Position numbers and translations under genes: made by a program
The notes under the pieces: generated by a model
Told to the model about the DNA's origin: nothing
Seen by the model: the letters and a program-made list of their open reading frames with translations, nothing else
Database searches by the model: none
Shown here: positions 53,122 to 62,062 of the stretch, piece by piece
How positions within the stretch are numbered: position 1 is the first letter of the stretch
Layout of the letters: each line of letters begins with the position of its first letter
NCBI GenBank assembly: GCA_963718875.1
Contig: OY970378.1
Span: 324,396 to 388,395 of the forward strand
Direction: 5' to 3'
DNA from: Candidatus Parcubacteria bacterium
GTDB lineage: Bacteria; Patescibacteriota; Saccharimonadia; UBA4664; JBIOIQ01
Length of the DNA: 64,000 bases

Positions 53122-54747
53122 CTACGGTGTAATATCAAGGCTCAAGGGCGGCTTGGTGGTTGTTTGGCCAAGGTAAGAAATGATTGACTCGACTTTCCAT
53201 TGGCCAACCGATAGTCCGACTGAGGCAGCATTCCATATAAAGTTAGCCCCGCCCCATTCATCCAAGGTTTGGCTACCAAGGTATTTAACAGTATTCCCAT
53301 CGCTACTAGTAATGCGTATATTACAGCTTGCGCCTGGTTCACCCTGACAGGTAGAGTTGAGCAGAGGACCATTTACGATGTCAGCAGCCGATAAACTAGC
53401 CTTGTTCTTGTTCAGTAGTTGGCCTTTTGGAGATGCCAAAGAAGCAGCTAGAATAGATTTGTAGATGCTTATCCTGCCGTAGCCGTATTGTAGCGTGCGC
53501 CCTTGGCCGCCCATACCCGCAGGTTTATCGGTATTTTGAGTGATTAAGCGGATGATGTCACCAGGGGAGGCTACGGGGCTTTGCATTTGTAGCAGTGAAG
53601 CCAGGCTTGCTACGATTGGGGCGGCAAAAGAAGTCCCGGAGTAGTTGCAGCTATAAGACGAAGTTTGGTTGGCGGGCGTCCATAATGCTCCACAAACGTC
53701 ATTAGCTGTTCCAGGAGCTACTACGGCTAAGCTGGCTCCGTAGCTAGAGAATGAGGCTACTTGGTCGGAACTGGTAGTAGCACCGACGGAAAGGACTTCT
53801 GGGTAAGCTGCGGGGTAAGATAGGCAGTTACAGCCGCTGTTTCCGGCTGCCGCGACAACAACAATACCCTTACTGATGGCATAGTTGATTTCTGCTCGTA
53901 GATAACTGTCATCGTAGGGTGATCCTAGACTGAGACTTATAACGGTAGCTCCATGGTCTGCTGCATAACGCACCGCTGCAGCGACAGTGTCGGTATATCC
54001 TACACCGGCGTCGTCTAGTGCTTGCAGCGGCATTATCTTGACGTTGGGGTTTAGGACCGCTGCTAAGCTGGCTGTAAGTGTGCCGTGGGCTACTGATGAG
54101 CCGTAAGGATTAGATGAACCGGTGGAGGGGTCATTATCGTTACCGACAAAATCCCATCCACGCCAGTTGCTGGGGTAGCCATCATTATTATTGTCGTAAT
54201 TATTACAACGTTTATCTTGGACCAAGCCTTGATTTGTGCAGTTTTGTGCTGATCCAAGTAGGCTCGGACCCATTTCAGATGAGTCGGTGGCCCAGAGTGA
54301 TTGGAGGTTATTGTGGGCCATGCCAAAGCCAGTATCTATGACGGCTATTATTGGGGCTATAGAACTGCTTGAAACGGCCGCATTAAGACCGGCGGGCGCT
54401 CCCAGGCGGTTTACAAAAGGCTCCATTGCATAGAGGGGATTGCTGGTCGATACAAGAGCAGTGTATTGATAGTTGGGGTGAGATTTGGGTGCGCTTAAAG
54501 CAGAATTAACACTCGTTGTTTCATTATTTGTAATCTTATTTGAGTTTGGTTTGTTGTTTTGTTGGGGTGTTGGCGCAGGAGTTGGGGGGGGAGTAAGTGT
54601 TTGTGGTGGTTGGGGCTTATAAGCAATGTTGGGTGGTGTAAAAGATACTTGGGGACTAATGTTTTTTCTAAAATTAAGATTGGCTAGGCTAATAAATGAG
54701 CTTAGCTCGAGGGTGATAATTAGTGCAAACCGAACTTTTTGTAACAT
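53122..54747 (-). CDS. subtilisin-like serine protease (peptidase S8), secreted, with Pro-rich linker
   Basis: Asp (VIDTGF), His (HGTLTAS) and Ser (GTSFAAPIVAS) catalytic triad motifs. Confidence 0.75.
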   Translation of the reverse strand: MLQKVRFALIITLELSSFISLANLNFRKNISPQVSFTPPNIAYKPQPPQTLTPPPTPAPTPQQNNKPNSNKITNNETTSVNSALSAPKSHPNYQYTALVSTSNPLYAMEPFVNRLGAPAGLNAAVSSSSIAPIIAVIDTGFGMAHNNLQSLWATDSSEMGPSLLGSAQNCTNQGLVQDKRCNNYDNNNDGYPSNWRGWDFVGNDNDPSTGSSNPYGSSVAHGTLTASLAAVLNPNVKIMPLQALDDAGVGYTDTVAAAVRYAADHGATVISLSLGSPYDDSYLRAEINYAISKGIVVVAAAGNSGCNCLSYPAAYPEVLSVGATTSSDQVASFSSYGASLAVVAPGTANDVCGALWTPANQTSSYSCNYSGTSFAAPIVASLASLLQMQSPVASPGDIIRLITQNTDKPAGMGGQGRTLQYGYGRISIYKSILAASLASPKGQLLNKNKASLSAADIVNGPLLNSTCQGEPGASCNIRITSSDGNTVKYLGSQTLDEWGGANFIWNAASVGLSVGQWKVESIISYLGQTTTKPPLSLDITP

Positions 54748-54873
54748 TTTTTATTTGTTTTGAATACCTGACTGTATTATGTCACTTAAAGCATAAGTTT
54801 TTCAAGAGTTATCCTTGCACTTATGTTATATTTCGGCGACAATTAACCATAAGAGTTACAAACCAAGTGGCGG

Positions 54874-56283
54874 TTGATGATTAAAAAAATTCTAAATAAG
54901 CGAGTTTTGATAGTAGTCATAGGGCTGACTGGGTTTTTATTCGTGTCTACAAACGTGGTTTTAGCTAGTCTGCTGCAAGACCGTATATATCCAGGAGTAA
55001 AAGTGGGATCACTGGACTTAGGTGGTTTAACGCGATCAGAGGCACTGAAGCTGCTACGTGCTCAAGTGCGGGCTTATCATCTGTCGTTGGTGGTTGATAA
55101 TGTCAAATATAGGGTTAAGTTAGGAGATTTGGGCGCAAGCTATGATCCTGCCCTAACTGCTAGCCAGGCTTTTGCAGTGGGCCGTAACGAAGTTTTGCCA
55201 GTTATTGGGTTAATTGACTCATCAAGACGCAAGCCACTGGTGCTGGCATATAGCATTGATAGGGTAGTGCTAGCTAAATTTACCTCGACCTTTGTTAGCC
55301 AACAATCAGCTGCGCCGGTAGATGCCGCAATCGTAATCAAAAATGGTATTGCGACTGTTGAACCAGATAAACCTGGTTTGGGGGTAAACATCGAGGCATT
55401 AGTGGCGGCTTTAGAAGAAAGTGTGGGTTCGAATGTGGAACAGCTTACTATCCAGCGCGGCCCAGTACCGGCTGATGTTCAAGCGGCAGAGGCTCAGACA
55501 GTAGCAGAAGCGACCAAAAGCCTAATTGGAACGTCCGTGAAGCTGGTGTATGGTGAAAAGACGTTTATTCCGTCGCTTGCTCAAGTAGGTAGTTGGATCA
55601 CTTTTTCAAAACAACTTAATGGCGGTTTAATCCCGGCTGTTGATTCTGGGAGGGTAAATGATTATTTAAAGACTATTGCGCCTCAAGTAGAAGTGGCGGC
55701 AATTTCCAAAAAGATTAGCGTGGTGAATGGTGAAGTTAAGGCTGAGGAGGGTGGGGTTGATGGTACGGCCATAGACAAGGCATCGCTATCTGCCCAAATT
55801 ATTGCGGCTGTTACAGCGGCAAAGGGCTCTACCATAACTATTCCAATGGTGGTGGTGGCATTTAAAACCCAATATAACCGAACGGTGTCGCTCGATGCGC
55901 CTAAATATATCGAGATAAATTTAAGCAGCCAGCGCTTATGGGCCTATCAGGATCATAAAGTGGCTTATGAGTCACAAGTGACTTCTGGGGCTACTGGCTA
56001 TGGGTTCCCTACAGTCACAGGTCTGTTTAGTATTTATGCCAAGCAAACTAACCGCTATTTAGATGGACGTCCATTAGGATATAACTACAACGTCTTTGTA
56101 CAGTTTTGGATGCCTTTTCATACCGATTATGGGCTACACGATGCCAGTTGGCGCAATGGCGTTTTTGGTGGGCAAGACTATTATTATAACGGCTCACATG
56201 GTTGCGTAAACCTGCCAATTGCAACAGCCAGCTGGCTTTATAACTGGGCGCCCATTGGCACGCCTGTTTGGGTGCATCTATGA
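54874..56283 (+). CDS. L,D-transpeptidase (YkuD-fold) with N-terminal membrane anchor and PG-binding-like region
   Basis: C-terminal catalytic motif HDASW ... SHGCVNLP. Confidence 0.7.
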   Translation: MMIKKILNKRVLIVVIGLTGFLFVSTNVVLASLLQDRIYPGVKVGSLDLGGLTRSEALKLLRAQVRAYHLSLVVDNVKYRVKLGDLGASYDPALTASQAFAVGRNEVLPVIGLIDSSRRKPLVLAYSIDRVVLAKFTSTFVSQQSAAPVDAAIVIKNGIATVEPDKPGLGVNIEALVAALEESVGSNVEQLTIQRGPVPADVQAAEAQTVAEATKSLIGTSVKLVYGEKTFIPSLAQVGSWITFSKQLNGGLIPAVDSGRVNDYLKTIAPQVEVAAISKKISVVNGEVKAEEGGVDGTAIDKASLSAQIIAAVTAAKGSTITIPMVVVAFKTQYNRTVSLDAPKYIEINLSSQRLWAYQDHKVAYESQVTSGATGYGFPTVTGLFSIYAKQTNRYLDGRPLGYNYNVFVQFWMPFHTDYGLHDASWRNGVFGGQDYYYNGSHGCVNLPIATASWLYNWAPIGTPVWVHL

Positions 56284-56850
56284 TGATGTATAGGACTGGC
56301 TAAGGATTCTTTTGCTATAGGAGGCCATGCCGGTCTTATAGTCGTCAATTCGCTTCAAATGATAAGGTATGACATTTTCTGGAAGTTTGCTTAAAGGGAA
56401 CCAGCTGGCTTTGTTGGCATCGTCTCCTACTCTAAGCCGCCCGTCTATGAGCGTAGCCACAAAAGCTACAATTTGTCGTAATGAGGCGTCTGGCATGGTC
56501 TCTACATAAATACCTAGAATTTGGGTTATTTCTATGTTTAATCCTGTCTCCTCCACAACTTCACGTATTGCGGTGCTTGTGGGGTGTTCACCATATTCTT
56601 GAAATCCCCCTGGCATTGCCCAGTAGCCTTTGAATGGTGGTTGCTTTCTTTGGATGAGCAAGAGCATACCATCTTGAATTACGAGTGCATCGGCGCATAA
56701 GCCAGGTTGTTTTAGCTTCCATAAAATTCCGTGTTGAGCGCACTTAGGATATTTGTCAGGATCAAGTGTGGTTTGTGCGCCACAGTGATAGCAAAAAGTG
56801 TTGGGCATAGCTCCATGATAACAAGAAAATTGGTCGATGGATAATTCCAT
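56278..56850 (-). CDS. NUDIX hydrolase with N-terminal zinc ribbon (NudC-like)
   Basis: CYHCGAQ ... KCAQH zinc ribbon plus Nudix box GGFQEYGEHPTSTAIREVVEETG. Confidence 0.65.
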   Translation of the reverse strand: MELSIDQFSCYHGAMPNTFCYHCGAQTTLDPDKYPKCAQHGILWKLKQPGLCADALVIQDGMLLLIQRKQPPFKGYWAMPGGFQEYGEHPTSTAIREVVEETGLNIEITQILGIYVETMPDASLRQIVAFVATLIDGRLRVGDDANKASWFPLSKLPENVIPYHLKRIDDYKTGMASYSKRILSQSYTSS

Positions 56851-57106
56851 AGTTGAACACCCGATTGAGTGTACGTAACAAATTGCGGTAACGAAAAAGG
56901 CTCCGGAGAGCCTTGTTTCGGTGGAGTTTTGATTGTTTTTGTATCTGAGTACTTTTTTTGTCCAGTACCTATTTGAATCTTATATCAGGCTTGAACGGGC
57001 TGTCAATGGGTTTACATAAGAATTATCAGTTTTTTTCAAGGGGGTGTGAAAAAACGGACCAACTGGTGCTTAAATTGATATAATTGGTGAAAGGGAGGAA
57101 ATATTA

Positions 57107-57730
57107 TTGAAGGTAACAAAATATCCTCAGTCGTGTTTATTGTTAGAAAAAGACGGGCATAGGCTGTTGATTGATCCGGGGTCTCATTTTACCGCCCGAT
57201 ATAGTAGTCGTGATATAGGAACGGTTGAGACGGTGTTGATAACTCATCATCATGGCGATCATTTTGATCCTAAATTCATTTCTGGGCTAGTATCTGAAGG
57301 TGTTTCGATATACGGAAACACTGATACTTGTGCTCAGCTTGAAGGGATTAAGCAAATTAAATCAGGAGAAGGGTTTAGCGTGCCTGGGTTTACGGTTATG
57401 CCTCATGATTTACCGCACTGTCGAGTACCCAAAGTCTATGGTGACGTTCAGAATACGGGCTACGTTATAGATGGAACTTTTTTCCATCCTGGAGACGGGG
57501 TGGAAACGAGCGGGGTAACGGTTCATGATGCGGCGGTACCTGTAGCAGGCCCTGACATTAGCTTTTATGATGCCATGGAGTTGATTAAGTCGATCGGAGC
57601 TAAGAGAGTGATACCGATACACTATAACGACCATCATAACTTGGCCAACCTAGACCACTTTAAGCTTTACGCTGATGAAGCTGAGGCAGAGGTTATAGCT
57701 TTGGGTGACGGTCAGTCCGTGGAGTTGTAG
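57107..57730 (+). CDS. MBL-fold metallo-hydrolase
   Basis: LITHHHGDH metal-binding motif. Confidence 0.6.
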   Translation: MKVTKYPQSCLLLEKDGHRLLIDPGSHFTARYSSRDIGTVETVLITHHHGDHFDPKFISGLVSEGVSIYGNTDTCAQLEGIKQIKSGEGFSVPGFTVMPHDLPHCRVPKVYGDVQNTGYVIDGTFFHPGDGVETSGVTVHDAAVPVAGPDISFYDAMELIKSIGAKRVIPIHYNDHHNLANLDHFKLYADEAEAEVIALGDGQSVEL

Positions 57731-57782
57731 AGGGTGGGAGTCTGTCTACCCACAGACAGGTTTATTAACGATTTTCGGACGG

Positions 57783-58529
57783 CTACCGCTTAATCGGAAT
57801 GGCTTTTTCCCAGCGCATGTAAAAAAAGTCGCGCAGCGCCTTTGTGAGCTCAGGGCTAGTAATAACCATGCCGGTTCTCTCGGTTGTTTCCTTGGGGTTG
57901 CTGGCAACCAAAACGGCTTTTTGACTATCAAATATTAGTAGATGAAAGCCGCTGTCGGGGTAATGTGAGACCTCAACTCCCATGGCAACCCAGCTACTGA
58001 GGAGTGATTGGTTATTTTTATCATATTTATGGAACATAAACTTACATTCGACGTTGCGAGCTAAAGCATCTCGAGTAGAAAGCTTGATTTCATCTGGAAC
58101 GGGTTCGCCAATTGATATGACAAGTATTTCTTGCTTGGCAAAGTGCGAAAGCTCAACAAACTTATCAAAAAATTGGTTTTGGCCTGAAATGAAATTTATG
58201 AGGGTTTCGTCCTGGGGGATATGCTTATTAAGGCTTGCAAGAGCTTGTAGTTTAGATGAGCTCAGCGCTTCAGATTGATATCGAGAATACGCCTCAATTG
58301 CTGCCTTCGGAGGTAGAGCTTGATATTTAAGAGGGCTGGTAGCTAGCTCGACTACCATTCCGTAGACCTGTAGTTTATCAAGTAAACGATAAACCGAATT
58401 TACAAGAACGCTAATTTGCTCTGCCGCTTCCGACACTGTCATTGAGCCCTTCTTAACCAGAGCCAGATAACAAAGTGCTTCGTTGTGGGTTAAGCCTAGT
58501 TTTATAAGAGAGTTGGATTGTTTTATCAT
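57783..58529 (-). CDS. TrmB-family transcriptional regulator
   Basis: LGLTHNEALCYLALVKKGSMTVSEAAEQISVLVNSVYRLLDKL. Confidence 0.6.
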   Translation of the reverse strand: MIKQSNSLIKLGLTHNEALCYLALVKKGSMTVSEAAEQISVLVNSVYRLLDKLQVYGMVVELATSPLKYQALPPKAAIEAYSRYQSEALSSSKLQALASLNKHIPQDETLINFISGQNQFFDKFVELSHFAKQEILVISIGEPVPDEIKLSTRDALARNVECKFMFHKYDKNNQSLLSSWVAMGVEVSHYPDSGFHLLIFDSQKAVLVASNPKETTERTGMVITSPELTKALRDFFYMRWEKAIPIKR

Positions 58530-58734
58530 ATTTACTATATTTTAACATTAAATAAATAAAAGCGTATAAGCACTGATACACTATGTTCTCGTCCCTACCA
58601 AGGAGGGGTGCTATGTTCTTCTTTTCAGCCATATTAGCTTTAATTGCTTTGGTGTTGATGGGCGTAATGGTCATATCGACGATTGTTCAGGAAAGAAAGT
58701 GTCGCGAGGGAAGTTCCTTCCGCAAAGGAGCGTC

Positions 58735-59283
58735 ATGACAGACAATTGGAGACGCTCGGCTGATCCAGCTGAGCTTAGGCTGTTAGGTCAACAGATTCGT
58801 AAATGCCGCAAAGACAGCAAAATGTCGATGCGACAGGTAGCGAGTGCAGCTGGCTTCACAGCGTCTTATCTTAGCATTCTTGAGTTAGGCAAAAATCCTA
58901 GGACTGGACATCCCAGTCGACCCAGTCCAAATCACATTCTTGCACTAGCAACCATCTTGGCAGTTGAACCGGAAGAGTGGCTTAGTTTGGCAGCATATGA
59001 TCGTGACGAGTGGGTGGGGGCGACCGATCAGGTTGAGTTCTTACCAACCAGTAAGGCAGCAGCAGGCCGTAAGTTTTGGCAGAGCCAGCGCTACCTGGTG
59101 GCGCAGATTGAAGCAGGTATCCGGGAACAGTACGCTCCTGGTGGTACTGTTGTCGTAAATTTTGGTTCAGACGTTAACGAAGAACTAGCTAACGGACTGG
59201 CTCAAATGTTTGGCCATCCTGAGCTCGGCTGGACAACAACCGTAGAACAGCTTAATGGCTGTTGGATTCTCAAGATGAGTTAG
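58735..59283 (+). CDS. XRE-family HTH transcriptional regulator
   Basis: AAAGGAG Shine-Dalgarno 5 nt before the ATG at 58735. HTH LLGQQIRKCRKDSKMSMRQVASAAGFTASYLSILELG. Confidence 0.55.
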   Translation: MTDNWRRSADPAELRLLGQQIRKCRKDSKMSMRQVASAAGFTASYLSILELGKNPRTGHPSRPSPNHILALATILAVEPEEWLSLAAYDRDEWVGATDQVEFLPTSKAAAGRKFWQSQRYLVAQIEAGIREQYAPGGTVVVNFGSDVNEELANGLAQMFGHPELGWTTTVEQLNGCWILKMS

Positions 59284-59512
59284 CGGTGCCCGAAGGAGAG
59301 GATTTGATCCTTAGCCTTCGGGCCTTCTTCGTTCTACTCTAAGAAGTGCATACGGATTCTTTTAACGAGGTAATCCGAATTATTTTTTAGATCCGGGGCA
59401 AGATAAGAGTTCTTTTAATAAGAGTATGGAGGCCTTTATATAACCTGGTACTTTAGTCTTGATTAACCCTAAAAATAAGACCACGACAGGAGTGGGGTAG
59501 TACTTCTGCAGT

Positions 59513-59562
59513 ATTATATCACCAAAAGTACTAATATATTATTACTTTTGGTGATATAATAC
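59513..59562. promoter_or_regulatory. 19-bp perfect inverted repeat operator overlapping a TATAAT -10 box upstream of the second PadR gene
   Basis: TATTATATCACCAAAAGTA at 59513-59531 and TACTTTTGGTGATATAATA at 59544-59562. TATAAT at 59555-59560 lies 7 nt before the ATG at 59568. Confidence 0.5.
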
Positions 59563-59567
59563 TGAGT

Positions 59568-59921
59568 ATGAACATCGCGGACGGAGACAGTTTAATTCCG
59601 CTCACTCCCCAAATGGGCTCAATCTTGTTAGCTTTAGCTGAAAAACCCCAGTATGGCTATGCAATATCGCAGCAGGCAGAAGTTGATAGCAAGGGGGTTA
59701 TTTTGATGAGTGCTGGTTCCTTATACCCTGGCCTCAATCGATTAGAGGCTATGGGTTACATTGAACCTGCGGGTATAGTTAAAGCCACATCATCGCCTTA
59801 TAAGAGAAGGCTGTATCGTTTGACCTTGCGTGGGAGAGAGATACTGGAAATGGAGACCAACAGACAGGCAGAATTTGTGGGATTAGCAAGGTATAGATTA
59901 ATAAAAAACAAGCCTATTTAA
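59568..59921 (+). CDS. PadR-family transcriptional regulator (paralog of the gene at 11830)
   Basis: PLTPQMGSILLALAEKPQYGYAI ... SLYPGLNRLEAMGYIE. Confidence 0.7.
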   Translation: MNIADGDSLIPLTPQMGSILLALAEKPQYGYAISQQAEVDSKGVILMSAGSLYPGLNRLEAMGYIEPAGIVKATSSPYKRRLYRLTLRGREILEMETNRQAEFVGLARYRLIKNKPI

Positions 59922-60351
59922 CTGCTCGGCGGGCTTCGCGCTCAGTATCACGTTTTTTAATGGCTTCTCGCTTGTCGTATTTGTGTTTGCCCCGTCCAAT
60001 CCCAACTTCGAGTTTTATGAGTCGCTTGTGCTCAAGTAAGGCCATAGGAATGGCTGACAGGCCGGCAGTTTTGTTGCCAATGAGTTCTTGTAGCTGTTTT
60101 TGGTGCAACAGTAATTTGCGCGTGCGGGTAGGGTCGGGCTGATTGCTGTTACCGGCCATGTTGTAAGGCGTAACATGAGCGTTGGTAAGGTAGGCTTCAC
60201 CGTCTCGAATAGCGATAAAGCTGCCTTTAAGGCTAGCATGGCCATTTTTGATGCTTTTAACTTCGGGTCCAACCAGTATTAAACCGGCTATGATTTTGTC
60301 GGTAATCTCATAGTCAAAGGTCGCTCGTTTGTTTTTGGCCAGTAGTTTCAT
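59914..60351 (-). CDS. smpB: SsrA-binding protein
   Basis: KNKRATFDYEI ... GLILVGPEVKS ... C-terminal basic tail. Confidence 0.8.
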   Translation of the reverse strand: MKLLAKNKRATFDYEITDKIIAGLILVGPEVKSIKNGHASLKGSFIAIRDGEAYLTNAHVTPYNMAGNSNQPDPTRTRKLLLHQKQLQELIGNKTAGLSAIPMALLEHKRLIKLEVGIGRGKHKYDKREAIKKRDTEREARRAVK

Positions 60352-60400
60352 AATTAGCATTATACAGCCTCACTTCAACTAAGGTATAATCGATACCATT

Positions 60401-62062
60401 ATGGTTGAGAAGTTGCAGAATATTATTGCTCAGGCGGTTGAGTCTAGCTATGGCGTGAAGATTACTCCAAATGTTAGCTTGCCTGAGTCCGAGTTTGGGG
60501 ATTTTAGCACCAATGTGGCGTTCCAAGTGGCTGGTCAACTAAAAAAGGCGCCCAAAGCGATTGCAGATGAGCTAGTCCAAGCTATTAAAGCCCCTCAAAT
60601 AGCGGAAGTTATGGTGGCTGGGAGCGGTTTTATCAATTTCCGTCTGACCGACAACGCTTTGTGGCAACGGCTAGACGAGCCCATTCACCAGAGCTTAGTG
60701 GGTCAGACGGTGGTGGCTGAGTATTCTGATCCCAACCCTTTTAAAGTTCTACATGCAGGACACTTGTATACCAGTGTGGTAGGGGATGCTATTGCAAACC
60801 TAATGGAGGTGGCTGGGGCCAAAGTGTCGCGCGTTAACTTTGGTGGGGATGTTGGTCGTCATGCAGCGAGAGCGATGTGGGGGATTATACAAAAGCTAGG
60901 TGGAGAGTTCCCGGATAAGTTGGGTAGCGTTTTAGAGGATAAGCGAGCAGATTGGATGGCTGAGGCTTATGTTGTGGGATCTACAGCGGATGAAGAAGAT
61001 TTAGAAGCTAAAACAATGATTGATCAGCTGAATCAACAAATTTACAAAATCGCATCTTCAAATGATCGTGAATCAGATTTAGCTAGAATATACTGGGTCT
61101 GTCGGCAATGGAGTTACGATTACTTTGAGGAGTTTTATGCGCGTATTGGGAGTAAATTTGATAAGTACTATCCCGAAAGTATAACAACGCCGTTTGGATT
61201 GGAATTGGTTGAAAAAGGCCTGGACAAGGGCGTACTAGAACGTTCGGAGGGTGCGGTGGTGTTTCGGGGCGAGCAATATGGTCTCCATACCCGGGTATTC
61301 TTAACTTCAAAAGGCGTGCCGACCTACGAGGCTAAAGACGCCGGGTTAAATATTTGTAAGTGGAATGATTATCATTTTGATAAGAGCGTCGTAATAACAG
61401 GTAATGACATTCTAGAATACATGAAGGTAGTATTAAAGGTTGTAGAGCAGCTATGTCCAGACATACCTCTTAGTACGAAACATATTACTCACGGCCAAGT
61501 AAAGTTGCAGGGTGGAGTAAAAATGAGTAGCCGAAAAGGTAATATTTTGCGGGCTACGGATGTCATGGATGCGGCTAGTGAGGCAGCCAAGACAGTGACA
61601 GTCCAAGCTAGCGATCAAATGGTTCTAGCAGCCGTAAAATACGCCTTTTTAAAGTCACGCATAGGCGGAGATGTTGTGTACGACCCGGCAGAATCAGTAA
61701 ATATATTGGGAAATTCAGGTCCGTATCTGCAATACGCTCATGCGCGGGCTAGGAGTATATTGACCAAGGGTGGACCATTAACAGGGCAGTCGGCAGAGTC
61801 ATTAGAGCCTGGTGAACGTGTTTTACTTGCAAAATTAGGGGAATATCAAATGGTGGTTGAGGGTGCTGTTGAGGAATTGATGCCACATGGCGTTTGCGGA
61901 TATCTGTATGAGCTAGCGCAAGTTTTTAATGCCTTTTATGAAAAAAATCGAGTGATGGGTGATCCTAGGGAGAAGGTACGATTAAATTTGGTTCAAGCCT
62001 ATGCAGGTATTCTTAAAAACGGTCTTGAGCTGTTAGGTATTACCGCCCCAGACCGTGTTTAG
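60401..62062 (+). CDS. argS: arginine--tRNA ligase
   Basis: Class I HAGH motif and C-terminal DALK-domain signature YLQYAHARARSIL. Confidence 0.85.
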   Translation: MVEKLQNIIAQAVESSYGVKITPNVSLPESEFGDFSTNVAFQVAGQLKKAPKAIADELVQAIKAPQIAEVMVAGSGFINFRLTDNALWQRLDEPIHQSLVGQTVVAEYSDPNPFKVLHAGHLYTSVVGDAIANLMEVAGAKVSRVNFGGDVGRHAARAMWGIIQKLGGEFPDKLGSVLEDKRADWMAEAYVVGSTADEEDLEAKTMIDQLNQQIYKIASSNDRESDLARIYWVCRQWSYDYFEEFYARIGSKFDKYYPESITTPFGLELVEKGLDKGVLERSEGAVVFRGEQYGLHTRVFLTSKGVPTYEAKDAGLNICKWNDYHFDKSVVITGNDILEYMKVVLKVVEQLCPDIPLSTKHITHGQVKLQGGVKMSSRKGNILRATDVMDAASEAAKTVTVQASDQMVLAAVKYAFLKSRIGGDVVYDPAESVNILGNSGPYLQYAHARARSILTKGGPLTGQSAESLEPGERVLLAKLGEYQMVVEGAVEELMPHGVCGYLYELAQVFNAFYEKNRVMGDPREKVRLNLVQAYAGILKNGLELLGITAPDRV